In this document: one piece after another, positions 1-10,523 of the stretch | Layout: each line of letters starts with the position of its first letter | Position numbering within the stretch: the first letter of the stretch is position 1 | DNA from: an uncultured Actinomycetes bacterium | GTDB lineage: Bacteria; Actinomycetota; Thermoleophilia; UBA2241 | Assembly: GCA_963709345.1 (NCBI GenBank) | Contig: CAVPVX010000007.1 | Coordinates: forward strand, 544,001 to 608,000 | DNA: 64,000 nt | Direction of reading: 5' to 3' | Made by a program: the position numbers and the translations under genes | Notes under the pieces: generated by a model | Told to the model about the DNA's origin: nothing | The model's database searches: none | What the model saw: the letters and a program-made list of their open reading frames with translations, nothing else

Positions 1-122
1 CACGCTGAGGGAACGGCGGCGCTTCGCCCTGGGCGACGCGCCCGGGAGACGCCCCGGCCGCTGACACGGTCCCGGTTCGACGAGGCCGCGGCAAGGCGCG
101 GGCGCCCCGCGAGAGCGCCGGC

Positions 123-1112
123 TCAGCCGGCCTCGCCGGCGACGGGCACATCGCGGGCCGCCGGCAGCCCGGCCAGCCCCGTCGCCGCGCGCACCGCGCG
201 CACCACCGCCCGCGCCAGTACGGTCGCCGCCGCCGACCCGACCGCGCTCACGTCCGCCGTCACGCCGGCCGCACCCGTCGCCAGCGCGAAGACGGTGTCA
301 CCGTCCAGCATCGTGTGCACGGGGTCGATGGCGCGGGCAAGGCCGTCGTGGGCCATCTGCGCCACCTTCGCGGCCTCCGGTTTGGAGAGCAGCGCGTCGG
401 TGGCGACCACCGCGAGCGTGGTGTTCGCGCCGATCCCGACCCCGGGTGGGTGCTCGCGAAGCCACTCGGCGGTACGCGCGAAGCCGCCGCCGGGCAGCCG
501 CGGCCCGGCGAGGACGGCGCCGCTCGCCGGGTCGACGACGTCGCCGGCGGCGTTGACGGCGACCAGCGCGCCGACGGTGACGCCGCCGGCAAGGGCAAGG
601 CTCGCGGACCCGAGCCCGGACTTGGTGGCGCGCTCGAGGCCCAGCAGCTTGCCGACGGTCGCGCCCGTGCCGGCACCGACGGAGCCTTGAGGGACGGCCG
701 CCGCGGAGGCGGCCTCGCAGGCCGCCGCGCCGGCGGCCGCGTCCGGGCGCACGTCGGTACGGCCCACCGGCAGATCGAAGAGGACGGCGGCGCAGACGAG
801 CGGCACCCGCACCGGGCCGACCTCGACACCGCGACCCTTCTCCTCGAGCCAGCGCATGACGCCTGAGGCGGCGTCGAGCCCGAAGGCGCTGCCGCCGGCG
901 ATCACGACGGCGTGGATGCGCTGGACCGCGTTCACCGGGTCGAGCAGGTCGGTCTCCCGGGTGCCCGGCGCCGAGCCGCGCACGTCGACACCGGCCACCG
1001 CGCCCTCGGCGCCGCAGAGCACCACGGTGCACCCCGTGGCCGCCTCGCCGTCGGTCCAGTGGCCGACGGCGAGGCCGCCGACGTCGGTCAGCGTCCCGTT
1101 CATCGCCGGCAT
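123..1112 (-). CDS. P1/S58 family peptidase (DmpA-like L-aminopeptidase/D-esterase)
   Basis: Motifs GVDVRGSAPGTRETDLL, GGSAFGL, GSVGAGTGA, NTTLAVVAT and HTMLDGDTVF are typical of peptidase S58. Confidence 0.9.
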   Translation of the reverse strand: MPAMNGTLTDVGGLAVGHWTDGEAATGCTVVLCGAEGAVAGVDVRGSAPGTRETDLLDPVNAVQRIHAVVIAGGSAFGLDAASGVMRWLEEKGRGVEVGPVRVPLVCAAVLFDLPVGRTDVRPDAAAGAAACEAASAAAVPQGSVGAGTGATVGKLLGLERATKSGLGSASLALAGGVTVGALVAVNAAGDVVDPASGAVLAGPRLPGGGFARTAEWLREHPPGVGIGANTTLAVVATDALLSKPEAAKVAQMAHDGLARAIDPVHTMLDGDTVFALATGAAGVTADVSAVGSAAATVLARAVVRAVRAATGLAGLPAARDVPVAGEAG

Positions 1113-1200
1113 TGCGTCTTCACCCGATCCCTCCTCCGCTCACGAGCCGCGCCGACTGCAGGTGCGGTCCCCACCAGTCTTGACTATACTGCAGCGATTC

Positions 1201-2442
1201 ATGGAGGACACGACCAGGATCCTGCTCGAGATCTTTCTGGCCTTCGCCGGGGCGCGGCTGCTGGGGAGGCTCCTCGTGGCCGTACGGCAGCCGGCCGTCA
1301 TCGGCGAACTGCTCGCCGGCGCCATCCTCGGCCCCGCCCTGCTCAACCTCGTGCACCACACCGAGTTCCTCGAGGCTCTCGGAGAGCTGGGCGTGATGCT
1401 CCTGCTCTTCACCGCCGGCCTCGACACGCACCTCGGCGAGCTGGCCCGAGCCAGAAAGACGGCGGCCAAGGTGGCTGTCCTGGGTGCGGTGCTGCCCTTC
1501 GCCGGAGGCCTCGCAGGAGGGCTCGCTTTCCACTACGCGACCGGCGAGAGCCTGTTCGTGGCGACGGCGCTCATGGCGACGTCCGTCGGCATCACCGTGC
1601 GCGTCCTGCGCGACCTGGGCTTCCACCGGCGGCGTTCGGTGACCATCGTCCTCGGGGCGGCCGTCCTGGACGACGTGCTCGGCCTTCTCGTGCTCGGGCT
1701 CGTCACCGCGATCGCCCTCGGCAAGGCGAACACACTCGAGCTTGCGCTGCTCGCCGTCGAGGCGGTGATCTTCGTCGTCGGCTTCGGGATCGCCGGACCG
1801 TGGATCATCGCCCGGTTCGGCGAGCGGCTCGCGCGGCTCTCCCCCAACGCCATCTTCGAGGTCGGCATCATCCTGATGCTCGCGCTCTCGCTGCTCGCCA
1901 ACTACATCGGCCTCGCGGCGATCATCGGAGCATTCCTCGCCGGTCTCGCCATCGCGGAGCTCAAGCAGCACACCCAGGTCGAGGAGAAGTTCACACCGCT
2001 GGCCTGGTTCTTCGTCCCCTTCTTCTTCGTGCTCATGGGCACGTACATCGATCTCACCTCGTTCATCAAGCCGTCCGTCGTGCTGGCGATCGTCGTGTTC
2101 ACGGCGATCGCGGTCGTCACGAAGTACCTGGGCGCCATCTGGGGCGCCCGGAGCGAAGGACGTCGCATCGCCCGCGAGGTCGGCGTGGGTATGGTGCCGC
2201 GAGGGGAGGTCGGCATCGTCGTCGCCGGCATCGCCTTGGCCGCCGGCGCGGTGAGCGAGGATGTGTACGCCGCCGTCCTCGGCATGGTGCTGGCGACGAC
2301 CATCGTCAGTCCCTACCTGATCAAGGCGGTGTTCACCGGCGGGCGATCAGCGACCCCCAAGGCAGACGCGCTGCTCGAGCCGCACTCCCCTGCGCCCGAG
2401 ACGACGGCCGAGACGGCGCAGCCACCGGCCGACGACGACTGA
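1201..2442 (+). CDS. Cation:proton antiporter (CPA2/Kef-type)
   Basis: ATG at 1201 (MEDTTRILLE). Multi-TM protein with PAVIGELLAG, ATSVGIT, AAVLDDVLG and GMVPRGEVG. The ORF-track extension to 856 overlaps the peptidase and is discarded. Confidence 0.9.
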   Translation: MEDTTRILLEIFLAFAGARLLGRLLVAVRQPAVIGELLAGAILGPALLNLVHHTEFLEALGELGVMLLLFTAGLDTHLGELARARKTAAKVAVLGAVLPFAGGLAGGLAFHYATGESLFVATALMATSVGITVRVLRDLGFHRRRSVTIVLGAAVLDDVLGLLVLGLVTAIALGKANTLELALLAVEAVIFVVGFGIAGPWIIARFGERLARLSPNAIFEVGIILMLALSLLANYIGLAAIIGAFLAGLAIAELKQHTQVEEKFTPLAWFFVPFFFVLMGTYIDLTSFIKPSVVLAIVVFTAIAVVTKYLGAIWGARSEGRRIAREVGVGMVPRGEVGIVVAGIALAAGAVSEDVYAAVLGMVLATTIVSPYLIKAVFTGGRSATPKADALLEPHSPAPETTAETAQPPADDD

Positions 2443-2510
2443 CGCGGAAGTGGCCCGGAGGGGTCTCGCCGGCGGGGAGACGGCCCGGCCTCCGGAACGT
2501 GGCGGCCGGC

Positions 2511-3845
2511 TCAGATGAAGAAGACCAGCGTCACCAGCACGAACACCGGCAGGAGCACGACCACCGAGTACCCCATGTAGGCGAAGAAGTGCGGCATCTT
2601 GACGCCGTGGTGCTCCGCGATCGACCTCACCATGAAGTTGGGTGCGTTGCCGATGTACGAGAGCGCGCCCATCATCACCGCACCGCAGGAGACGGCGGCG
2701 AGAAAGGCTGCGGGGCTCCAGCCCGCCGCGCCGTCCACAGACGAGCTCATGAGCCCGGCGAACTCGGGCAGACCGAGGAAACCCTGCGCCGCGGAGCCCA
2801 TGGTCAGGTACGAGGGCGCGTTATCCAGGAAGGCCGACAAGCCTCCGGTCGCCCAGAAGAACTGCCACGGCGCGCTGAGTCCGAGCTCGGACCCCCGGGC
2901 GCGCAGGATCTCGAGGACAGGGAGCATGGAGGCGAAGATCCCGGCGAAAAGGATCGCCACCTCAAGGATCGGCTTCCACGCGAACTCGTTGCGACGGCGA
3001 GCCTCGCGTGGGCCGAAACGCAGCGACACGACGGCGAGCGCCACGAGCAGCAGATCGCGCAAGAAGGGTACGTGCACCGCCTCGCCGAGATGAGCCAGCT
3101 GCGGCGAGAGGGCGACGCACGCGACGACGCCGCCGAGCAGCAGCAGGTTGACCTTGCCGATGATCCGCAGCGGGACGTAGTCGAGCGCGTCTTCCAGCAA
3201 GGCGGTGGGCGGCTCACGGCGGTAGTGATAGCGGTCGACCGCGTAGAAGATGCCGAGCACGAGCGCGTTGACGAGCAGCCACTGCGGCAACAGCCGGAAC
3301 GTCCACGTGAAGCTGATGCCGTTCAGGAAGCCGAGGAACAGCGGCGGGTCCCCGAGGGGCGTCAGCAGACCGCCGAGGTTACAGACGATGAAGATCAGGA
3401 AGACGACGACGTGAGCGCGCCGCGTGCGCTCCGAGTTCGCTCGCAACACCGGGCGCACGAGGATCATGGCGGCCCCCGTCGTGCCGATGAAATTGGCGAG
3501 CACCGCGCCGACAACCAGAAAGGTGGCATTGGATCGCGGCGTCCCCAGCAGGTTCCCGGTGAGGTAGATGCCGCCGGCGATCGTGAAGAGGGATCCGAGG
3601 AGGATGATGAACGAGACGTAGTCCTCGGCGGTCGTCAGCACGCTCTCCAGCCCGGCCTCGCCCCACACCGCAAGGAGGTAGACGACGACGGGTGCGCCGA
3701 AGATGGCCGCGACGATGGCCTGGCTGCGGTGGCGCGAGAACCACTCGTCGGCGACGAGCGGCAGGATGGCGACGCTGAGCAGCATCCCGGCGAACGGGAG
3801 GGCCAGCCAGAGACCCAGGTGATGGCCGAGATCCCCCTCAGCCAC
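2511..3845 (-). CDS. Putative sodium:proton antiporter (CitMHS/IT superfamily)
   Basis: Hydrophobic protein with GTTGAAM, NLGGLLTPLGDPPLFLGFL, LDNAPSY and YIGNAPNFMV. Start is either GTG 3845 or TTG 3851. Confidence 0.85.
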   Translation of the reverse strand: MAEGDLGHHLGLWLALPFAGMLLSVAILPLVADEWFSRHRSQAIVAAIFGAPVVVYLLAVWGEAGLESVLTTAEDYVSFIILLGSLFTIAGGIYLTGNLLGTPRSNATFLVVGAVLANFIGTTGAAMILVRPVLRANSERTRRAHVVVFLIFIVCNLGGLLTPLGDPPLFLGFLNGISFTWTFRLLPQWLLVNALVLGIFYAVDRYHYRREPPTALLEDALDYVPLRIIGKVNLLLLGGVVACVALSPQLAHLGEAVHVPFLRDLLLVALAVVSLRFGPREARRRNEFAWKPILEVAILFAGIFASMLPVLEILRARGSELGLSAPWQFFWATGGLSAFLDNAPSYLTMGSAAQGFLGLPEFAGLMSSSVDGAAGWSPAAFLAAVSCGAVMMGALSYIGNAPNFMVRSIAEHHGVKMPHFFAYMGYSVVVLLPVFVLVTLVFFI

Positions 3846-3863
3846 GATCAAGCCCCCGGCGCA

Positions 3864-4400
3864 TTAGAAGCGGCCTACGCCGGCCAGGGCGTTCTTGAAG
3901 GCCGCCCGGCCGGCATCGTCGTACGCCGAGAACATCACGTGCCGCAAGGGCGTACGCGGGTGCTCCTTGAGGTAGGCCACGGTCTCGGTGACCATGATGC
4001 TGGCGCACTGGTAGAGCGGCACGCCGGCGGCGCCGGTGCCGTATGCGGGCATGGCGATCGATCGGGTGCTGCAGCGCACCGCGCAGTCGAGCGTAGCTCG
4101 TGTAGCCCCGGCGATCGCGTTGGCGCTGGTCGTCATCTCCGGACCCATGACCGCCGCGTGGATGACCCACCGTGCCTTGAGGTCGTGGCCGGTGGTGGCG
4201 ATGGCCTCCCCGACCTCGATCGGCCCTTGCAGCATGGCCTCCTGCTCGACGGCCTCGCCGCCCACGCGCTTGATGGCGCCGGCGACGCCGGCGCCCATCC
4301 ATAGTTCGGTGTTGCCTGCGGTCGCGACGGCATCCACCTCGAGGGCTGTGATGTCGCCGGAGGCGAGCTCAAGCTTGGTCTTGCCTACCGAGGTCTTCGT
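3864..4400 (-). CDS. Macro domain protein (ADP-ribose binding/hydrolase, YmdB-like)
   Basis: GDIT..VDAV, GAGVAGAI, VIHAAVM and SIAMPAYGTG motifs. SD GGAGG at 4405-4409 is followed by ACG at 4400, not ATG (see findings). Confidence 0.85.
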   Translation of the reverse strand, partial: TKTSVGKTKLELASGDITALEVDAVATAGNTELWMGAGVAGAIKRVGGEAVEQEAMLQGPIEVGEAIATTGHDLKARWVIHAAVMGPEMTTSANAIAGATRATLDCAVRCSTRSIAMPAYGTGAAGVPLYQCASIMVTETVAYLKEHPRTPLRHVMFSAYDDAGRAAFKNALAGVGRF

Positions 4401-4537
4401 GGATCCTCCATTCAGCGCCGTGCGCGAGGTCCCGCAGGGTTCGCGATTCCCGGCATTATACACACGGGAGCAGCAGATGAAAGCGGCGGCCAACGGCAAC
4501 CGTGCGATAGACTCCCTTGGGGTCTCTGGGGGTCATC

Positions 4538-5551
4538 ACGAGCACGTACACGATCTGGATCGCCGCCGCGTTCGGCATGACCGCGCTCTGGGCGCTGGTC
4601 GTGATCGTCAACAAGCGCGTCCTCGCGTACGTGGACCCCACCGCGGTCAACTTCTTCGTGCGTATCGTCGCCGTCGCGGGACTGCTCCTGATCACCGTGC
4701 CTCTCACCGTCCTGCGACTCTGGGACAACGGGTTCGGCATCAACGCCGCAGCGGCTGGCTGGATGTCGCTTGCGGCGATCGCGACCTGGCTGATCGCCTT
4801 CACCGCCTACTACTATGCCCTGCGCGGCGGACGGGTGGCGGTGGTGATGCCGATCTGCGGCACCGACCCGCTGTGGACGGCGCTCTTCGCCTGGCTGATG
4901 CTGGGAGCGGCGTTCGGCGGGCTCACGCTCGCCGGGATGGCCGTCGCCATGTCGGGCGTCGTGCTCATCACACGCTGGATGAAGGGCGGCGAGGAGCCGG
5001 CCGAACGGCTGGCGGAAGCCGGAACGCTCGCCGGCGCCACACACGGCGACGTGCTGCCGGGCCCGGCGGGTTCGCCGGGCGCCGGGGCCACGCAGCCCGG
5101 GCGCCTCCGCCTCGTCACGCTCGCCGTCGTCGCCGCCGCCGGCTGGGGCATCGGCCCCGTGTTCATCGACCTCGCCTCGACATCCTACGGCAAGCCGACG
5201 GCGTCGATGATGCTACTCAGCCAGCTGCTCGGCATGCTCATGCTCGGCGCCGTGCTCCTGGTACGCCGGCGGCCGCTCACGACGCGCCGCCTGACGGCGC
5301 CGGAGCGGCGGTGCGCCGTCCGGCTCCTCGTGGCCGCCGGCCTGCTCGAGGCGATGGTCACGGTGCTCTTCTTCCTCTCGATCGCCGAGATCGGGCCGGT
5401 GCTCACGATGCTGATCATGGCGACGACGCCGATCTTCACGATCGTCTTCGGCGTCGCCCTCCTGCGCGAGCGCGTCGCGCCGCGGCTCGTGCTCGCCGCT
5501 GTGGTCACCGTCTGCGGCGTGATGCTGGCGGCGCTGGACGGGCTGAGCTGA
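4538..5551 (+). CDS. DMT/EamA family transporter
   Basis: Two 5-TM EamA repeats separated by a hydrophilic linker; PIFTIVFGVALLRERV end. Start uncertain (TTG 4517, ACG 4538 or ATG 4578). Confidence 0.8.
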   Translation, partial: TSTYTIWIAAAFGMTALWALVVIVNKRVLAYVDPTAVNFFVRIVAVAGLLLITVPLTVLRLWDNGFGINAAAAGWMSLAAIATWLIAFTAYYYALRGGRVAVVMPICGTDPLWTALFAWLMLGAAFGGLTLAGMAVAMSGVVLITRWMKGGEEPAERLAEAGTLAGATHGDVLPGPAGSPGAGATQPGRLRLVTLAVVAAAGWGIGPVFIDLASTSYGKPTASMMLLSQLLGMLMLGAVLLVRRRPLTTRRLTAPERRCAVRLLVAAGLLEAMVTVLFFLSIAEIGPVLTMLIMATTPIFTIVFGVALLRERVAPRLVLAAVVTVCGVMLAALDGLS

Positions 5552-5571
5552 AGCGGCCGACCGGCCGGCGG

Positions 5572-6297
5572 CTACTTGCCGCGACCGAACAGCCTCCGCC
5601 GCACGGCCGCCATCTTGAGCCACTGGATGCCCTCGGTGGGATTGAGCTCCTTGGGGCACGCCTCCACGCAGTTGGTGACCGTGTGGCAGCGATACGCGCC
5701 GCGCTCGTTGTCCCAGCGGGGCATGCGCTCCTTGCGAGCTTCGTCACGTGAGTCGACCTCGAAGCGGTACGCCTTGAGCAGCGCCGCCGGGCCGAGGTAG
5801 TTCTTCTCAGTCCACACCGACGGGCAGCTGCTGTAGCAGGCTCCGCACAGGATGCAGTCGATGGGCATGTCGAGCTTCCTGCGCTCCTCCGGCGACTGTG
5901 GGAGCTCCTTCTCCGGCGTCTTCGAATTGCGCATCAGCCACGGCTGCACGTACTCGTACTTGGCAAAGAAGTCGTCCATGTCGCAGACCAGATCCTTGAC
6001 CAGCGGCAGGTGAGGCATCGGCTCGACCGTGACCTCGTCGGTGTGCAGGTGCAGCACGTTGGTCTGGCAGGCGAGCCGGTAGCGGCCGTTGATGTACATC
6101 GCGCACGAGCCGCAGATGGAGGCGCGGCAGCAGTAGCGGAAGGCGAGCGAGCCGTCGAGGCTCTCCTGGATGTGGAAGAGACCATCGAGCACGGTGAGGC
6201 TGGTCTCGTAGCGGACGACGAAGTCGTCGTAGCGCGAGACCCCCTTGTCGTCGCGGGCGGGGTCGTACCGCTTGATGTGAAAGGTGATGGAAGGCAT
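5572..6297 (-). CDS. sdhB: Succinate dehydrogenase/fumarate reductase iron-sulfur subunit
   Basis: Cys clusters CCRASICGSC, CILCGACYSSCP and CHTVTNCVEACP. Confidence 0.95.
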   Translation of the reverse strand: MPSITFHIKRYDPARDDKGVSRYDDFVVRYETSLTVLDGLFHIQESLDGSLAFRYCCRASICGSCAMYINGRYRLACQTNVLHLHTDEVTVEPMPHLPLVKDLVCDMDDFFAKYEYVQPWLMRNSKTPEKELPQSPEERRKLDMPIDCILCGACYSSCPSVWTEKNYLGPAALLKAYRFEVDSRDEARKERMPRWDNERGAYRCHTVTNCVEACPKELNPTEGIQWLKMAAVRRRLFGRGK

Positions 6298-8006
6298 CAG
6301 TACTTCCGCTCCTGTGGCTCGAAAGCGCCGAGGCTGACCGGCTCGTACTCAAGGCGGGGCCCCTCGGGCGTGCAGTACGCCATCGTGTGCTTGAGCCAGC
6401 GCTCGTCGTCGCGCTCAGGGTGGTCGATGCGAGAGTGGGAGCCGCGCGATTCGGTGCGCGCGACGGCGCCGGCCGCGACCGTCAGGGCCAGGTCGACCAT
6501 GCCCTCGAGCTCTACGGTCCGCATCATGTCGAGATTGAAGACCCCGCCGGAGTCGCGCAACCCGATGTGGGCGCAGCGCTCCTTGAGATGCGCGAGCTTC
6601 TCGAGGCCCTCGCGCATGACGGACTCCTCGCGGAAGACGCCGAAGTGGTCGCGCGTGGTCGCGATCATCTCGGCGCGGATGGCGTAGGGATCGGCGCCGT
6701 CGGCGCCGCGCGCCACGAGGTCGGCCACGCGGCGCTCCATGTCGGCGACCGCCTTGAGGCCGGCGGCGGAGGCGTCGCCCCCGCCGGCCCCGCCCCCCGC
6801 AAAGTCGGCGACCGCGGCCGCACCCGAGCGACGGCCGAAGACGATCGTCTCGAGCAGCGAGTTGCCGCCCAGCCGGTTGGCGCCGTGCACGCTGACGCAG
6901 GCACACTCGCCGGCGGCGTAGAAGCCGGGCAGCCGGGTGCGCCCATCGACATCGGTGTCGATGCCGCCCATGGTGTAGTGCTGGCAGGGCTTGATCGGGA
7001 TGGGCGCCTCGATGGGGTCGACGCCCTCGAAGTGGATGGCGAGGTCGCGGATGCCCGGCAGCTTCTCGAGGATCTTCTCGGCGCCCAGGTGACGCAGGTC
7101 GAGGTACACGTAGTCCTTGCCTCCGATGCCCCTGCCCTCGAGGATCTCCGTGGTGATCGAGCGCGAGGTGATGTCGCGCGGCGCGAGCTCCATCGCCTTG
7201 GGAGCGTAGCGGGCCATGAAGCGCTCGCCCTCGTCGTTGATGAGGTAGCCGCCTTCGCCGCGGGCGCCCTCGGTCATGAGGATGTTGGTGGTGCGCAGGC
7301 CCGTCGGGTGGAACTGGATGAACTCCATGTCCTCGACCGCGACGCCGGCGTGGTAGGCGATTGCCGCCCCACCGCCGGTGCTGATGATGGCGTTGGTGGT
7401 ATTGCCGTAGATGCGGCCGGCGCCGCCGGTGGCCATGATCACGGCGTCGGCGGTGAAGGCCTCGAAGCCGCCGCGGATCATGTCGTAGGCGACGACGCCG
7501 CGGCAGCGCCCGTCGTCGACGATCAGCTCGGTGACGAACACCTCGATGTACATCTTGACCTGCCGCTCGTAGGCACGCTCGACGAGCGTGTGCAGCAGGT
7601 AGTGGCCGGTCTTGTCGGCGCCGTAGCAGGTGCGCGGGTAGCCGGCGCCGCCGAACGGCCGCTGCGCGATGCGCCCGTCGTCGTAGCGGCTGAAGGGGCA
7701 GCCCCAGTGCTCCATCTCGAAGATCACGCCGGGGGCGTCCTTGGTCATCTGGATGGCGGCGTCCTGGTCGGCGAGATAGTCCGAGCCTTTGACGGTGTCG
7801 AAGGCGTGCTTCTGGGGGGAGTCGTCGTGACCCTCGGGGTGGTTGGCGAGCGCCGCGTTGATGCCGCCCTGCGCGGCGCCCGAGTGGCTGCGGCCGGGGT
7901 GGACCTGGCTGAGGATCGCCACGTCGACGCCGGCCGCTTTGGCCTCCACGGCGGCGCGGAGCCCCGCGAGCCCGCCGCCGACGACGATCAGCTGATGGTG
8001 AGGCAT
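6297..8006 (-). CDS. sdhA: Succinate dehydrogenase/fumarate reductase flavoprotein subunit
   Basis: Start [15 protein letters not shown]; covalent-FAD motif [10 protein letters not shown]; QFHPT, HYTMGG and [11 protein letters not shown]. Confidence 0.95.
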   Translation of the reverse strand: MPHHQLIVVGGGLAGLRAAVEAKAAGVDVAILSQVHPGRSHSGAAQGGINAALANHPEGHDDSPQKHAFDTVKGSDYLADQDAAIQMTKDAPGVIFEMEHWGCPFSRYDDGRIAQRPFGGAGYPRTCYGADKTGHYLLHTLVERAYERQVKMYIEVFVTELIVDDGRCRGVVAYDMIRGGFEAFTADAVIMATGGAGRIYGNTTNAIISTGGGAAIAYHAGVAVEDMEFIQFHPTGLRTTNILMTEGARGEGGYLINDEGERFMARYAPKAMELAPRDITSRSITTEILEGRGIGGKDYVYLDLRHLGAEKILEKLPGIRDLAIHFEGVDPIEAPIPIKPCQHYTMGGIDTDVDGRTRLPGFYAAGECACVSVHGANRLGGNSLLETIVFGRRSGAAAVADFAGGGAGGGDASAAGLKAVADMERRVADLVARGADGADPYAIRAEMIATTRDHFGVFREESVMREGLEKLAHLKERCAHIGLRDSGGVFNLDMMRTVELEGMVDLALTVAAGAVARTESRGSHSRIDHPERDDERWLKHTMAYCTPEGPRLEYEPVSLGAFEPQERKY

Positions 8007-8017
8007 GCCGCGCCCCC

Positions 8018-8380
8018 TCAGCTCACCCAGACCCAGAGGGCCCAGATGCCGTAGATGACCGCGACGACGCCGACTACCCAGAGGAAGGCGTCGAACCCGC
8101 GGCGGACGCCCTGCCCGGAGAGCCCCCAGTCGAGCACGACCATGCGGACTCCATTGAGGGCGTGGAAGACGACGGCGAGCAGGAGCAGGACGTCGTTGAC
8201 GAGCACCGCGCCTCCGGCGAGCCGCTCGCCGATGTTGTCGAAGCTGAGCTGGCCGATCGAGATGTAGTGCGTCAGCACCAGGTGGACCATGATGGTGACG
8301 AGGACGATGACCGCGGTGACGCGCTGGCCCAGCCAAGGCCACATCCCGCCGCGGCTGTGATCGAGTGTCTCGGTTCTCAC
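8018..8380 (-). CDS. sdhD: Succinate dehydrogenase membrane anchor subunit
   Basis: Three TM helices, WLGQRVTA and FHALNG; operon position. Confidence 0.85.
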   Translation of the reverse strand: MRTETLDHSRGGMWPWLGQRVTAVIVLVTIMVHLVLTHYISIGQLSFDNIGERLAGGAVLVNDVLLLLAVVFHALNGVRMVVLDWGLSGQGVRRGFDAFLWVVGVVAVIYGIWALWVWVS

Positions 8381-8396
8381 AGGGACGCCTCCGCGC

Positions 8397-8783
8397 CTAG
8401 AGGATGAGTGGGATGGCCTTGTAGGCGAACGCCCACAGGATCCCGGCCGCCACGACCATGCAGGCCCAGAAGACGGCCTTGTGCCGACGGATGCCGACGC
8501 CGAGATCCATGAGGATGATGCGTACCCCGTTCAGGGCGTGATACAGCACCGCCGCCACGAGCATGAAGTCAAGGAAGACGAGGATGGGATGGTCGAACAG
8601 CTCGAACAGCTTGTCGAGCGATTCGGCGCCGCCGGTGCGACCTTGGGAGATCACCCAGATGTGAGCGAACAGGTAGGCGACCAGGATCAGCCCGCTGATG
8701 CGGAAGAGGATCCAGGCCCACATGCCGATACCCTTCCACAGACCAGCGCCGACGTTGGCCGTCTCGCGCTCCTTCGCGCTCAC
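8397..8783 (-). CDS. sdhC: Succinate dehydrogenase cytochrome b556 subunit
   Basis: GMWAWILFRISG and LYHALNGVRIILMD; GTG start after an AAGGGGGG SD. Confidence 0.85.
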   Translation of the reverse strand: MSAKERETANVGAGLWKGIGMWAWILFRISGLILVAYLFAHIWVISQGRTGGAESLDKLFELFDHPILVFLDFMLVAAVLYHALNGVRIILMDLGVGIRRHKAVFWACMVVAAGILWAFAYKAIPLIL

Positions 8784-8959
8784 GTTGCGCACCCCCCTTG
8801 GCGATAGCAGACTCCGCCCCCCCCGAGAGGACGGGCCCCCACTGGGCGTTCATCGTAGAACGTACGCGAGAAGCGAGGCAACAGGGCGGCCCTGCCCCGG
8901 TGGCAGAAGGGCCCGCTCCGGGCGCGCCGCCGCGGCAGGTCCGGCCGGGCGTCGCTCAA

Positions 8960-9046
8960 CGCTGATGCCGGCCGCCACGGCCGCTTCGAGCGTGGTCACG
9001 TCACCGGAGGCGAGCGCGATTCCAGTCTCCCGATAGACGCCTTCAT
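8960..9046 (-). pseudogene. Degenerate 5' fragment of a macro-domain gene paralogue
   Basis: Reads ATG-MKASIG/ETGIALASGDVTTLE with one frameshift, against (ACG)KTSVGKTKLELASGDITALE at 4400. Shared DNA CTCGCCTCCGGyGAC. Confidence 0.6.
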
Positions 9047-9165
9047 GTGGCCGCCACTCTACGGGCTGCGCGGGGATCCGCGTTGGCGGCACGACACCGT
9101 GCGCCGCTCGCGCCCATCCGGTCCTCTTGTGCCCGCCACGCTTCTGCATAGACAATACCCAGATC

Positions 9166-10494
9166 ATGAATCGGAACCACAGCAGCGTCATCGATGCCCT
9201 GATGATCGCCATCGTCGTACTGCTCGGCATCATGGTCTTCTCGTCGCTCGTCCTGCCGGGTCTGCCCCGATGGGGGCTCTACCTCTCTCTGGGGGGGCTG
9301 GCCGGCGTCGCCATGGCACTCGCCCTGGCGCGCTGGATCACCCGCCCCGACCAGCTGCGTGCCCAGCAGAGCCACGGCATACTCGAGATCGCCGACGAGA
9401 GCCTCGCACATCTTCGCCGCGGCCTCGGAGAGGAGACGGCACAGGCGGTCTGCCACATCGTCCTCGAGCGAACGGACGCGGCGGCAGTCGCCATCACGGA
9501 CACGACACGGATCCTCGGATTCTCGGGAGTCGGCGAAGGCCACCACCTCGTGGGCAGCCGCATCCTGACCGAGGCGACTCGCGCGGCGGTCGACTGCGAC
9601 GAGATGCGCGTGCTGCGCACGCGTGACGAGATCAACTGCTCGCACGACAAGTGTCTGCTTCGAGCCGGGATCGTGGTCCCGCTGCACGTACGCAAGCGAC
9701 CGGTGGGAAGCCTCAAGTTCTACTACACGACGCCGCGCCTGCTGAACGAGACACAGCTTGCCATGGCCGAAGGCCTCGCCCACCTGCTCTCCACCCAACT
9801 CGAGCTCTCCGAGCTCGACCACCAGACGGCCCTTGCCTGCCGCATGGAGCTCAAGGCGCTTCAGGCTCAGATCAATCCGCACTTCCTCTTCAATACGATC
9901 AACACGATCGCCAGCCTCATTCGCACTGACCCCCCGCATGCGCGCGAGCTGCTGCGTGAGTTCGCGGCCTTCTACCGGAGCTCACTTGAGATGAGCGAAG
10001 ATCTGATAACGCTCGAGCAGGAGATCGGCTACGTGCGCGCCTACTTCCTCTTCGAGGAGGCGCGCTTCGGCGACCGTGTGGACCTCTCTGTCGATGTCCA
10101 CCCGGCGCACCTCGATCTTCTCCTGCCCGCCTTCGCCCTGCAGCCGCTCGTCGAGAACTCGATCCAGCACGGCATGCGCGCGGACGCCGCGTTGCACATC
10201 GCGGTGACCTCCGGTTTCGACGGTGATCTCGCGACACTGAGCGTCACCGATGACGGCGTGGGCATGGGAGCTGAGGACCTGGAGCGCATCCTCGAACCGG
10301 GGTTCGGCAAGGGCAGCGGCATCGCCCTCAAGAACGTGCACGAGCGTCTCCGTGGCCACTTCGGGCCGGGCTCCGGAGTCTCCGCGACCAGCAGCGCCGG
10401 CTCCGGGACCCGCATCACCCTCGTGATCGTCGGCCCGTCCATGGCCGAGACGCGATCTCGCGTCGATCTGGCCGCTCACGGAACCGTACGCTGA
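9166..10494 (+). CDS. LytS/YehU-family sensor histidine kinase
   Basis: Two TMs, GAF-like region, ELKALQAQINPHFLFNTIN, LQPLVENSIQHG, DDGVG and GIALKNV. Confidence 0.92.
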   Translation: MNRNHSSVIDALMIAIVVLLGIMVFSSLVLPGLPRWGLYLSLGGLAGVAMALALARWITRPDQLRAQQSHGILEIADESLAHLRRGLGEETAQAVCHIVLERTDAAAVAITDTTRILGFSGVGEGHHLVGSRILTEATRAAVDCDEMRVLRTRDEINCSHDKCLLRAGIVVPLHVRKRPVGSLKFYYTTPRLLNETQLAMAEGLAHLLSTQLELSELDHQTALACRMELKALQAQINPHFLFNTINTIASLIRTDPPHARELLREFAAFYRSSLEMSEDLITLEQEIGYVRAYFLFEEARFGDRVDLSVDVHPAHLDLLLPAFALQPLVENSIQHGMRADAALHIAVTSGFDGDLATLSVTDDGVGMGAEDLERILEPGFGKGSGIALKNVHERLRGHFGPGSGVSATSSAGSGTRITLVIVGPSMAETRSRVDLAAHGTVR

Positions 10495-10523
10495 GGAGGA
10501 CCACGGCATGGCATCGGTCTCCT

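Noticed and set aside
912-4304. 1130-aa plus-strand ORF
   Set aside because: Arg/Gly/Ala-rich shadow frame over four recognisable genes; expected from high GC3 and scarce stop codons.
8690-8720. SdhC ILFRISG instead of the usual LHR motif
   Set aside because: Single substitution with the other His residues retained; not enough to infer altered function.
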